64,000 bases of DNA from Neocallimastix sp. 'constans' (Eukaryota), in NCBI GenBank assembly GCA_050613775.1, contig JBODTK010000119.1, positions 62,001-126,000 of the forward strand, given 5' to 3'. This document shows, piece after piece, positions 1-13,582 of the stretch (the first letter of the stretch is position 1; every line of letters starts with the position of its first letter). The position numbers and the translations under genes were made by a program. The notes below the pieces were generated by a model. That model was not told the DNA's origin, did no database searches, and saw only the letters and a program-made list of their open reading frames with translations.

Positions 1-1165
1 GTAAAGGGTTTTAAAAAATGGAAAAATTCGAATTGTATTATCTTTGATTTACTTAGATTTATATATCACGTTGTAGACGTCATAATATGAGATAAAAAAA
101 GTAAGATTTTAGCAGTCAAATTAGATAAATTTCCTTCAAGAAAAGCAATTATAAAATTTTACTGGGATAGATATAGGCAGGAAAACCAATTATAAAATGA
201 ATATGAGAATACTAGAGACTACTTAAAACTCAACTTTAATTATCTTGAACTTAGTATCAGATGGATACTTCGTGGCAGATGTTGATATAAATTTGATGCT
301 CGTGTTGTAAAAAACCACCAATATTATTGAAGAAAACTTCCCAGAATGGCGTCCTTGTTGTAGCATATATCATTAGAGAAAATAGTAATCATTAATTGAA
401 ACATCGGTGTACTAAATGCTATCTTTTCCGTGAATTTCGAATGAAATATTTTATGGATATTGAAAATTTTTATTTATATTTCTTTTAATTAACAGAAATT
501 GTCCAATATTGAATAGTAATGTAAGTATTGATGTCACAAATTTGAATAATATAGAATCAAGTACTGATTCTGATAGTAGTAACAAAGTAAATATTATTAA
601 TAAAATTAGTTATAACAAAAGAAATAGTGTTGTTATTAATAATAATTGTATTGATAGTGAAAATGGGGATATTAATATCAGTGATAGTAAAAATAATAGT
701 ACTATTACTAATAATATAATGAATAGATCAATTATGAAAATCGTGTTAATATTAATAATTTTCTGAATAATTCGTTTATAAATATATATGTGACGTAGTA
801 CCGATTATATAACATCCTTCTTAATGGAAGAGAGGCAGAAATTATTGATTTAAATTTTAAAAAGGAATGGGATATTTTTTTTTTTTTTTAAAAAAAACCA
901 AATCATTTCTTGTGATTATTCTAAAACACTATTTTATGGTTCAATTTACCGCTCTTTTTACAAATATTATTCCTATTGTGAGTACTCTACAATGGTTGTT
1001 ATTCCGAATGGATAAATGCAACCAAGCTAGGAACGTCAATGCCGAAAATGTAATGAGACAAACTATAAAACAGGCTATAAGACAGGCAAGCAAGACCAAT
1101 TCCTCTGAAGGAAAAGACCATAATTTCTTTCAGATAATCAATTCAAACTCTAATCCAGAATAAGA
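1..1165 (+). mobile_element. Degenerate non-LTR retrotransposon (LINE), C-terminal part of the RT ORF including the Cys-rich region
   Basis: 241-330 translates as YLELSIRWILRGRC*YKFDARV, followed after a frameshift by PEWRPCC. An Asn/Ser-rich tract follows (509-766), then FTALFTNIIPIVSTLQW...NAENVMRQ (ORF 867-1163). It has multiple stops and frameshifts. Family call is from recognition only. Confidence 0.6.
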
Positions 1166-1444
1166 ATTTCTTTTTAAACTAGAATCTTATAATATTGGAG
1201 ATGACGTTCATGGCATATTTACTTTTTTTTTTTAAATTATTTGTAAACTTTATTTTGAATATTACTTTTAATTTCGTATTAATATTTAAAACATTATTAT
1301 GTTCATATTGTACAAATAATATTTATTTATTTTTTTTTTTTATTTCTATGTTTTATTTAAAAATCAAATATTCTTCTAATTAATAAATAGATTGAATAAA
1401 TAAAGTCAAATTCCGTAATAATTGTGACTGTAAAAAAATGTATT

Positions 1445-1728
1445 AAAATATAAATTCCAGATTTAATAATATATACTATAAAATATAAATATAAATTCCA
1501 GATTTAATCATATAAATTATAGAATATAAATATAAAGTACCGATTTAATAAAACCAAACAGTAGAATATAAAGTACAGATTGAATAAAACCAAATAGTGG
1601 AATATAAATATAAAGTACCTATTGAATAAAATCATTAATGAAATATTAATATAAAATACAGATTGAATAAAATCAATCGTAGATTATTAATATAAAAACC
1701 CATTGAATAACAAATAAAATAAAATAAA
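1445..1728 (-). repeat. Degenerate ~40-bp tandem minisatellite, about 7 units, reverse complement of the 5.55-5.95 kb array
   Basis: Recurrent aatataaa(g)tacagattgaataaaa-like units. gaatataaagtacagattgaataaaa (~1564-1589) is the reverse complement of ttttattcaatctgtactttatattc (~5815-5840). Confidence 0.75.
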
Positions 1729-2169
1729 GGTTTTATTGATTTTTTTTTTTATATTAATTTATTTTTATATTATATTACCTTTTATTCAAATAAGTTTTAT
1801 TTTTAAACTATTTATAAATAATACATATATATATATTTTGTTTAGACTTTTTATTATTCAATTTATTTAAACTGATACTATTTATTTATTAATATTATTC
1901 ACTTAATTTATTTAATATAAAATATATTTAATGGTTAGATTTCATTAAAATTTATTATTGAATTAAATAATAATTAAATTCTATCTTTAAAAAATAAATA
2001 TAAAAATAAATAAAAAGCCCTAAATTAATAATTAAATATTTCAAATATCATATAAATAAACAAATAACTATATTTTAAATAAATTGATAGTTATTATTAT
2101 CCTAAGGAATAAATAATATGAAACATGTCTATTAATATGGTTATCATTAAATGATTGCTCTATTAGATA

Positions 2170-2186
2170 ATAATAATAATAATAAT

Positions 2187-2253
<67 letters not shown>

Positions 2254-2270
2254 CAATAACAATAATAATA

Positions 2271-2322
<52 letters not shown>
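2170..2322. repeat. (AAT)n microsatellite
   Basis: Directly visible; it generates the spurious poly-Ile/Tyr ORF 2068-2262. Confidence 0.95.
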
Positions 2323-2324
<2 letters not shown>

Positions 2325-2570
2325 CCTAGTTGGCCAGGCCTGGTTGAGTCCAGACTCTTAGGTATATAAAGGTTTCTACTTACCAGGTTTTACATTATGT
2401 GTGGCTTGAATATGCGGATAATTATATAATCATTTATATAATCAAATCAACAAATAGCATATAACGATCTAATGACAAATACCTCTCTTAATAAAAAAGT
2501 TTATCATTTATATATATATATATATATATATAATTAATTAATTTTGCCAATTTACGAAATATTTGTATGG

Positions 2571-2607
<37 letters not shown>

Positions 2608-3321
2608 AATTCGTAATACTTGCGTCTATATATATTTATATATTATTTTTTTTATATTATTTTTTCTTATATTATTTTTTTTTTAAATAATTTTTATTTA
2701 ATATATTCAATAAATAAAAATTAATAGGAACTTTACTTTTATTTTCACAATTATTGTTATTTTTATTCACCGAAATAATATATTAGAAATAAAGTACCGC
2801 GGAACGAAATGAATAAGAATTTTTTAATTAAATACTTTTACTATTTATTTTATATAATGAAATAATTTTTAGTATTTTTTATAAAATTAAAATATATTGT
2901 ATAATGAAATAATTTTTAGTAATTTTTTTTTTTTTAAAAGCAAAATATTATACTATGTAATAAATTTTATTTTTTTTTTTTTTATAAAATCATAATATTA
3001 TTTGTATAACCTGTAAGATTTATATTAAATAAACCAATTTATTATTTTTTATAATAAATTCAGTTATTTAATACTTTTTATACAAAAAATTAAAATCTAA
3101 TAATATTTTTATAAAAAGATATTTTATATTTTAAAATAAAAAAATAACAATAATAAAAATTTAATAAAATTTAAAAAAAAAAAAAAAAAAAAAGATAAAT
3201 AAAATAAATAGAAAGTAAAATATAATAAGATTCATTTACAAATAAAATAAAATGGTGTTTTAACCGATATTTATTTAAATTTTATTTTTGTATATTTTTA
3301 TATTATATTGATTATTTTTAG

Positions 3322-3398
<77 letters not shown>

Positions 3399-4087
3399 AT
3401 TTATAATTTATGTTTGTTTTTAGGATTTACTATATTCTCCTTCTTTCTATTTTATTTTTGATATTAATATTATTACATTTATTTTTCTTCTTTTTATTAT
3501 TATTTATATTAACTTTTGTTATTATTTTAAATAATTAATTTTATAAATACGTATTATTATATTTATATATATAAAAAAAAAAGTACATTACTATTTTATA
3601 CTTTTAATTTTATTTTTTATTATTTTCTTTTTAATAAAAAGTAATAATAGTAGCAATATTAAAAAATTTTTTTTTAATAAGAAAAAAAAAAAATCTAGTA
3701 ATAATTCTGACATTACAACATTTTTACTTATATTTTAACATTTATTTATTAATACATATATATAGTATTAACCTAAAATTATACTTTTAATTTTATTTAC
3801 TAGTGTAGTGTATCTACAATAAATAAGACATTTTTTAATTATTAAATTATTAAAATTAAAAAAATATCGTTATAAAAATAATTTCTTTAATATTTAATGA
3901 ATATATAATTACTCATTTATTATTGTTATATTCAATTATTTATTATTTATATTTTTAATAAATTTATTTTATTTTTCTTTCTTTAGTTAATAAGTATTTA
4001 TTTGGATTATTATATATATATATTTTATGAATACTTAGAATTACAATTTTTGTAAAAAAGGATGGTAAATATTTTCTAATTCATACG

Positions 4088-4294
4088 TTATAATTTTTCT
4101 TGAATCAATTTATTTCTTACACTCTTAAGTATCCAGATACTGGCTACAGTAGCAATAGCACCTAATATTCCGTCAATAATAGAAAGACCACCATTATCGT
4201 TGGATCTAAACCCTTTAGCTATTAAATGACCATTAGGAATTATGTTAAACATCATCAAAAATAATACTAAATTAATTTTGGTAGCTGAATCCAT
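4088..4294 (-). CDS. Small 68-aa hydrophobic protein of unknown function with two hydrophobic segments
   Basis: Intact ATG-to-stop ORF with non-repetitive, GC-richer sequence inside a very AT-rich background. It resembles the ORF relic at 8037. Confidence 0.5.
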   Translation of the reverse strand: MDSATKINLVLFLMMFNIIPNGHLIAKGFRSNDNGGLSIIDGILGAIATVASIWILKSVRNKLIQEKL

Positions 4295-5342
4295 GATAAA
4301 TATTTTTTAAACAGTTATTCAATAAGAAATATATAAATAAAAAAATAAAATAATATAAAATAAAAATAAAAATAAAAAATAAAAAAATAAACCAAAAATA
4401 ATTGTATATATATATATAAAAATCAATATATATTAATTATATAATTTTAGGTTTTAACATTTACATAGTTTTTTTTTTTTAAATATAAAATTTTTTGTAA
4501 TAAAATGACTATCATTAAATTAAGAAAAGGAAAAATTATTTATAAAATAAATAAATAATAAATAAATAAATAAATAAATAAATGAATAAATAAAAATAAA
4601 TTTAAAAATAATAAAAATATATGTTTTTAATTTATTTCTAATTATTAGTTTTATATTATTTTATGATGTATAAAACGGGATTATTAATAAATATTTTAAT
4701 ATATATTTAATTTGTTATATATTTAAATTGTTTTTGTTTATATTTTCGGTTAGTATTCGTATATATAATAATTTTAATGTAAAATTTTTTATTTCATAAA
4801 AATAAAAAATAAAAATGATAATAATTTTTTTTTCATAAAATTAAAAAAATAATAAAATAATGAATGGCAATGGTGAAACTTAAATATATAATATATATAA
4901 ATATATATTATAATATACACTGAATATATATAATTAATATAATTTATTTTATTTTGCATTAAAATTTAATAAAAAAAAGGGTAGAAATTCTATTTTATAT
5001 TGTGTTGTTGTACTAAAGAAATAAAGAAAAAAAAAAAAAAAGCAAATTTAAACTTAAAAGGATAGGACTTTCATTTTATGTTGCCTTGTACTACAGAAAA
5101 AATTATTAAAGTCTTATTATTTTTGTTTATGTTTTTTTTTTTTTTTTTTTTTTTTTTGTTTTTAAATTTAATATGTAAATGTTATAGTATAAAATAAAAT
5201 AGATTTATAAGAAAGTCTAGATTTTAACTTTATTTAAATAAATATATAAAAAAAAAACCCAATAAATTATTTATTTTAAACCTATATTATTAATATTTCA
5301 AATTTTTATATAATATTTTATCAAAATACATTGAAAAAAAAA

Positions 5343-5379
<37 letters not shown>

Positions 5380-5549
5380 TATTATTATTATTTAAAAAAA
5401 ATAAAAAAAAAAATAAAAATAACAATAACAATAATAATAATAATAATAATAATTTGTAATTTATTATTTTTTTATTTAAATGAATTTTTATTTATTTATT
5501 TTTTATTTTGATTTTTATTAAATAATTTTTTAAGAAATAAATTTATATT

Positions 5550-5955
5550 TAATATTCTACTATTTATTTTATTTTGTTTTATTTTATTTTGTTTTATTTT
5601 ATTCCATCTGTACTTTATATTTAATATTCTACTATTTATTTTATTTTTTTTTATTCCATCTGTACTTTATATTTAATATTCTACTATTTATTTTATTTTT
5701 TTTTATTCCATCTGTACTTTATATTTAATATTCTACTATTTATTTTATTTTTTTTTTATTCCATCTGTACTTTATATTTAATATTCTACTATTTATTTTA
5801 TTTTTTTTATTTTATTTTATTCAATCTGTACTTTATATTCATATTCAATATTTATTTTATTTTATTTTATTTTATTTTATTCCATCTGTACTTTATATTT
5901 ATTATTCTACTATTTATTTTATTTTATTTTATTTTATATACTTGTACTTTTTACA
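5550..5955 (+). repeat. Tandem minisatellite of ~50-60 bp units (ttccatctgtactttatatttaatattctactatttattttatttt), about 7 units, just upstream of the MULE transposase
   Basis: Near-identical units start near 5602, 5654, 5706, 5759, 5820 and 5880. Confidence 0.9.
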
Positions 5956-6093
5956 TTCTTTATTTATTTATTTATTTTAAAAATAATTGAAAACTAAAAT
6001 TTCAAAATTAATATTAATAATAATATTGAATAATTAATATAAAAATTTTAATTATATAATATATAATTAAAAAATATATATAAAAATATAGAA

Positions 6094-7435
6094 ATGGAAG
6101 AAAATCTAATTACTGATGAAAGTGAGTCTAACAAAGGAAAAGAGCAAATTATTATTAATAAAAAATATAAATTTAATTTTTCATTAATAAAAAAAGATAA
6201 TTCCAAAGTTTATAAATGTACCGAATATAAAAAATAATAAATAAATGTAAATCTTTTATTATTTTAAATGATAAAAAAGAAATCTTAAAATATAATAGTT
6301 CACATAATCATCCTGAAAAAGAATACGATGTATCTCTATCTATAATGAAACATAAAATTAAAGATGGAATTGAAAAAAGTTCAATTTCTTTTGGTATAAA
6401 AATAAAACCCCTATTTAATAAAATTTCTAAAGAAATGGGACTTATATGTTCAGAATATAATTCAATTAAATCCCAAATATCAAGAAATTTAAATAAAAAA
6501 CTACATTTGCTGAAATTTCTAATGAATTTGAATATAATGATGATATATTTGTTGATGGTACATTTTTTATTGATCCTAAATTTAGTTATCAAATATTTAT
6601 TACAGGAACTTATGCTAAAGAATTAGATAATTTTTGCACTATTTCTTTTGCAATATTAAAAATAAAGAACAAGAAACATATAAAATATTATTTGAAAAAT
6701 TAAAAAAAAAAAAAAAATGCTAATACATGTAACAATTAATTTTTTGGTTCTATTATAATATTGAACCAAAAAATTTGCATTGTGATTTTGAAAGGGGCAT
6801 ACCTAAAGCAGCAAAAACAATATTTCCTAATACAAATATTAATTATTGCATTTGGCATTATAAAAAATCACTAGAAATTAAAAAAAAAATAAATTATGAA
6901 GTAAAAAATGATAATAATATATTTATTTATTATAAAGCTTTTTCAAATTTACCATTTATAAATCCTGAATACATATTTGATATTTACGTTATAATAAAAA
7001 TTAAATCCACTAAAAATAATTATTGTCAATTTTTAAAATTTTTAGAATATTTTTATAAAACATATTCAGTTGGTTATGATATGAAAATTTGGAATTATTA
7101 TAATAATATGGAACATATAACAAACAATGTCTCAGAATCTCTCAATAATTATTTAAATAATTTATTTCCAACAAAACTATCTTATTATGAATTAATAGAT
7201 AAATTAAATGAACTTGAACATTTATCAAATTATGATTATCAAAGAAAAATAAGAGGAATTTGGAAAATAAAAAAAAAAGAACAATAAATAAAGCTAATGA
7301 AATTAATATCTTAATTGAACGCTACAAAAATATTAAAGCCAAGTTAATTAATGCTAAATGTGATAGAAATAATATTATTAATTTGTTGTTGGATTGTTTA
7401 ATTTATAAAGCATATTAAATTTATACAGTTTAAGT
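6094..7435 (+). mobile_element. Mutator-like (MULE) transposase pseudogene with N-terminal FLYWCH-like zinc finger
   Basis: ATG 6094 MEENLITDESESNKGKEQIIINKKYKFNF...VYKCTEYK. Later segments read DIFVDGTF (~6541), FAILKNKEQETYKILF, HCDFERGI, CIWHY and WNYYNNMEHITNNVSESLNNYLN. Frameshifts and an internal deletion are present. Confidence 0.85.
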
Positions 7436-8036
7436 AAATATTCAAATACGTCTTTATAATTAATAATTTAATCATTATTATTATTATTTTTTAATAACAT
7501 TTAAATAAAAGAATTATTATTAATAACATTTATATTTTTAATAACATTTATATTTTTATATAATTTTTTTGTTGATAGCATTTAAATAAAAGAATAATTA
7601 TTAATAAGATTTATATTTTTATATAAAACTTTTATATTAATTAAGGTTTGAATTATCATTTTATATCATTATTTTATATAATTAAATGTATCATTTTACA
7701 ACTGCTTTGATGATTAATTTAAAGTTTTACAAAAATGGAAAATTTATTCTATATTATCTAATAGGAAAATAAAATTTTTTTTATTAATTAAATAATGTTA
7801 CACCGAGTTTAATTTATGCTTTGTTTTACGATATGAGCAATAATAAGGTTATTAATTACTTATTTGTTAAAGTGGTAAAATTTTAACAGTTTTATAAAAA
7901 AAAAAAAAATATTATAAAAAAAATAAAAAAAAAATAAAATAAAATGAAAAAAAAAATAAAATAAAATAAAAACAAAAAATAAATAATAATACATAATAAT
8001 AGTATTAAAATTATACGAATTTTTTCATAAATTAAG

Positions 8037-8216
8037 ATGAAATTCTATTTATTAACTGTATTTTTATATATTATTTCTTTTATTATATCAAACGTTTACA
8101 AAGATCTCATTCCAAACTGGGCAAATTTAAGTGTTGATGGTATAACTGCTGTTGTTACCGGGTAATTAGGCGCATTATCCTCTACTATAAGTATTGGAGC
8201 TTACATGAAATCGTAA
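8037..8216 (+). pseudogene. Small hydrophobic or secreted peptide ORF (42 aa to first stop), probably a disrupted paralogue of 4088-4294
   Basis: MKFYLLTVFLYIISFIISNVYKDLIPNWANLSVDGITAVVTG*LGALSSTISIGAYMKS* reads in one frame, with a signal-like N-terminus. Confidence 0.4.
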
Positions 8217-9708
8217 TGGTGTTTACTTAGAGATCTTTGTTAATTTACTTATAAATACATTCAAATATATGTTATAATAAATACTTAAAATACATATTGG
8301 TATTATATATTATATTTATATATATATATATATAAATATTATATAATTACTTTTTTATATTAAATGTTATATTATAACCCTTATTTTATTTAGTAAAATA
8401 GAATTTTATATATAAAATAATACTAATGGTCTTAGCCTAACAAGATAATTAATAATTAAAAGTAATAAATTATTAGAATTTAAAATATATTTTGAAATAT
8501 TTAATAGAGACATATTAATATATTTAAATTACAATAAAATAAAATAAATATAATATAATAAAAATTATTAAACCATAAGTAATTATTTATATGATTATTT
8601 ATTATTTAACATTTAAAATAGAAATAAGTAATCCTTAATTCCTCTAGAACATTTTATCGTGATAATTACTATTAAAAAAAATGAAAAAAAAGTGTAAAAG
8701 AAATATTACAATATTGATAATATTGTAAGATATCATTTAACTGTTCATATATAATACAACTATTTATATATAGTGCAAAATAAAAAATATAGAATTAACT
8801 AAAAAATAAAAAAAAAAAAATAAATAAAAAAGAAACTCAAATAAATAATTAAAAAATAATATAAATAAAAAATATATATATAATATTTATAGAAGTATTA
8901 TATTTATTATATATATATATATATATAAAGAAAAATAATAAAGAATTAAATATAATTCCTTTAAAATTTTAAATCAGTTTTATTTTTTAATTTATTAAAA
9001 TGTAATTTATTATAGAAAATAATTTAATTTGGTGTCAATTTATGTGTTAAAATTATATAATAGAAAAAATAAAAAATTTATTTTATTTTTTTTTTTTTTT
9101 GAAATTTGAATTAAATTATAATTATATATTTTAAAAATTCCTAATGCTTATTACTTAATATTTTATTTAATTTTTAATTATATTATTATTGATTATTTAT
9201 TATTATGTTTTAAATTTAAAGCATTTTTAAAAAATATTAAACAATTTATCCTATTTCATATTCAATAAATTTTATTTAAAAATTAATTATTTAAATAATA
9301 TTAAAAAAAAATAAAATAAAATAAATAGAGTAAATAATAAATATAAATATTATATAATGTATTAATAAAATAAAATAAATAATGAAATAGAAATAAAAAA
9401 AAAAAGTAAAATAAAATAACATAAATAACGAATATATATAATAGATAGAGTAATAATAAAACAAAATATAATAAATTGTGATGAAATAAAAAAAATCAAG
9501 TATTAATAAAAAAAAAAAAAATTAATAATAAAAATAAAAAGAAATATATTAATAAAATAAAAATAATAATATTAATCCTGAATAAAACAAAATAATAAAA
9601 CAAAATAAAAAATAAAAAATGAAAAAAAGATAAAAATAAAAATAAACCTGAATAAAATAAAATATATAAAAAAGTAAAATAAAATAGAATAGAATTTAAT
9701 AAAATAAA

Positions 9709-9751
<43 letters not shown>

Positions 9752-10006
9752 TTATAAACTATTTTATGTTACCTTTTGTTTTAATAAGCGTAATAATTAA
9801 ATATTTTATAGTTTTTTAAAAAAAGAAAATATTCACCTTCAGTATTATTTTATTATTTTTATTATTTAAAAAAAAAAAAAAAAAAATCATTGTACAACGA
9901 ATATATTGAATTTGAATTTCCTGATAATAGTTCTCTTGGTTAAAGGAAAAATTAAGTAAACTCTACACTATCTAATATACAAATATTACTTTTTTTGATT
10001 TATTTT

Positions 10007-10065
<59 letters not shown>

Positions 10066-10509
10066 GGTAGAAATGATTTAAATTCACTTCATAATATAAT
10101 AATTTCTTAAAAATTTTATTATTACATTAATTTCATTATATATAAAATTCTACTTAAAATATTTTTTATTAAATACCTTTTTTTTTTATATTTTTTATCT
10201 TAATATATTCATAATGTATTTTTATTAGCATGTGTACGTATATGCATAATATATTAATATTTTTAATAATTAGTAAATAAAAATTAAAAAAAAAAAAAAT
10301 AAAAGTGTGTTCTCCTAATTAAAAAAAAAGTTTAAAAAAAATATTTTATATTAAATTATATAAAAAGTTCATTATATAAAATATTAATTATTTTCAAATT
10401 TAAAATTAAAATATATTATATTTACATATATTTAGAAATATATATATTAATATATTTATTTTTCTAGTAATAATATTTAAGATAATAATTGATAAAATTT
10501 TTAATTATG

Positions 10510-10665
10510 CATTTGAGAAAAATTTTGTTATACCAAAACAATATGGTTTTTGTAATCATGAAAAATGTATTAATATTTATATTCCCAATAGATTAAACTG
10601 TCAGAGAAGAAAATTTAGGAAGAAAATTTTACATATATAACTTTCTTAATTTTTAGAAAAGTAAT
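10510..10665 (+). mobile_element. Short degenerate LINE reverse-transcriptase fragment
   Basis: NFVIPKQYGFCNHEKCINIYIPNRLNCQRRKFRK, then after a frameshift FTYITFLNF*KS. This matches the 'Q.GFR...FLD..KA' region of non-LTR RTs. Confidence 0.6.
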
Positions 10666-12936
10666 TAATTAGTATTTTTTCATTCTTTTCACTGTAGTTT
10701 CTTTATCCAGTTGACTCATTTTGAATATATTAATGTGAATCATCCTATGATATAAAGGAAAATGCTTTTTTTTTTTTTTTTTTTTTTTTATGTGATACAA
10801 ATTATAAATATTATATACATCAAAGAATACTAAATTATCATAAAAAAACTGATAATTATATAAATTATATAAAAGCTTTTGAATATATTTTTTAAAAAGT
10901 CTAAGTAAATGAATATATTTTATATTAATAATTTTGCTTATTAATATTATTTACTATATTATTATTACTAATTTAATAATAAAAAATATTTATTATAAAT
11001 TAATTAAATATTTTTATTGTATTATTATTAATTAAAACTTAAATAGTTTTAAAACAAATATATATATATATTTAAAAAGAATAATTGTACTATTGAAAAA
11101 TTAAAAACTTAACAATTGGAAAATATTTTTAATATTGAAAAATATATATATATATATATTTTATAAAAACAGTAATATAGAAAATAAAAATTAAAGAATT
11201 AATAATTCATTTTCAGGTTTATTGTATATATATATATATATATATTTTTTAAATTTAAAATATTAAGGAGTGTTATATAACCAATTTCAGAGTAATAACT
11301 AGCACCAGGCTAGTTAAAATTTAATTAATATGCTAAAGAAAGTTACAATTCTTTTTGAGAAATGAGGGACTCGATAAGTAAATGCTTCTTTATAAAAATA
11401 ACAATAATTATTAATAATAGCAATAACAATTAATTATAATATAATAAGGAATTAATTATATGGAAAAATACCTTAAGGTAAATTAGTAAAATAAAAGAAA
11501 ACAAAAACAAAAACGTAACAAGATAATCAATTAAAATAATATTAAAATTTGTATTAATATAATTTTTTTTTGTTAATTAATGTTGTATGATAAACTTTAA
11601 AAAAAAATAATATGTATACATATAATGTAGTAAAAATATATATATATAATATTATTATACGTATTTATTTCCAAATAAATAATATATATAAAAAAAAGAA
11701 ATATAACTAAAAGGTGTTAAGCAAATAGAGAAATAAAAATCTATATAAAAAATATATTGAAAAAAAAAATTTGCAATTTTGTTTTATTTTTTTTATATTA
11801 ATTTTATATTTTGTTAATTTTAATTTGTTAAAGTATTATTAAAAGTATTATATAATAATTAATTTGTTTTATTTTTTTCCCCATAATTAAACATTAAAAG
11901 ATATTCTATTATTAAATTAGTCTTAGAAGAAATATATTTATTTTGTTTTAATTCAACAAAATTCAAATAGATATTTATATTAACTATTCATACTGAATAA
12001 AAGTTGGCTTAAACTGGATTTATAATTTTTTTTATTATTTGTTTATTTAATTAATAATGGGATCATATAATCGTTTTATAAAAATTTTTAAATTTTGTTT
12101 TATATATTTAAGGATTAGTTGTTTTTGGTTTTATTATTATTATTGTTATTATCAATATTTTTATCATTATTATTTTAACTGATAATATATTTTTTTTTAT
12201 CATTTTATTTATTTTATTAATTAGTAAATGATAAATATAATTATTATTTAAAACTTTTTTTTTTTATGATATAAAATATATAAAACCTTAATAAATATAA
12301 AATAAACTTGAAGCAATTATTTATGCTAAAAAATTTATAGAAAAAAAAATAATAAAAATTATTAAGGGGTAAATAAAAAATAAAAAAAATATAAATATAA
12401 TGTATTAACCAATACATTACATTATAATATATCATCATACATTAAATTATATGATATTAATTGGCATGAAATAAAAATAAATTATTTTCTTTTTAATTTT
12501 TTTTCTAATTTATTAATTTATAAAAGGATATTATTTATTATACAATATATATAAAAATAAAAATAAAAGGAATAAAAAAAAAAAAAAAAAACAAGTGATT
12601 TAGTCAAATATATTAATATTATATTTGATAATATTTCATGATCAATATTTATCAAAAAATAAAATAAATGTAAAAAAAAAAGAAGGAAAAATATTAATAA
12701 AAGAACTAAAGTAAAGGTAGCAAAATTAATTAGATATATATATTATATGGATTTTTTTATAATAATTATTCTGTTTTTATTATTATATATTTTCAATTAA
12801 TAAATTAATATACGATTTGATGGAAATTTAAATATTCAATAAATAACAAGAAAAAAGAAGTTATATAATGTATAATAAACAATAATTAATATAATTAATA
12901 AATAATTTATATATATATTTATTATTAATGTACCTA

Positions 12937-12967
<31 letters not shown>

Positions 12968-13582
12968 TAGTTAAGTATTTAAATTTTTGTATTTTTAAAT
13001 TTAAAGATATAAAAAAAAAAACTAAATAAATAAAAATTAAGAATTAAAGAATTTAAATTAAAAAAAAAAATTTTTAGTATTAAATTAATTCTGTTAAATT
13101 GTTACACAATAAATTTATTATATGCCAATGGAATATATTTATTATAATATATATATTTATATTGCTTTTTCTATTTTAATATAGGTTAATATAAACTTCA
13201 TATTGTTAATAAATATTTAATTAAAGTAAAGAAAAAAAAAAAGTATTAAATGAAAATTTTAAATAATTATCCCTAGAAACAAAACTAATATATTAAAAAA
13301 ATATATATAAAAAGCATTTTAATTTTTTAATTCTTAATTTTTTTTTTTATAATGATATTGATATTTAATATCATATTAAAAAAGTAAAAATAAATAATAA
13401 TTAAAAAAATAAAATAAAATAAAATAAAAATAATTGATTTTGAAAAAACATTTTAATCAAAAAAAAAAAAAAACTAATAATAAGACGAAATTTTTTAATG
13501 AACAAATAATAAAAAAATATAAATTACTTAATAATAAAATATAATATATAAATAAAAATTAATTTAAAAAAATAAAAATAAA

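Noticed and set aside
11295..11480. Short palindromes (aactagc-accag-gctagtt; taccttaaggta) as a possible Helitron end
   Set aside because: The stems are short and there is no other Helitron evidence; compatible with chance.
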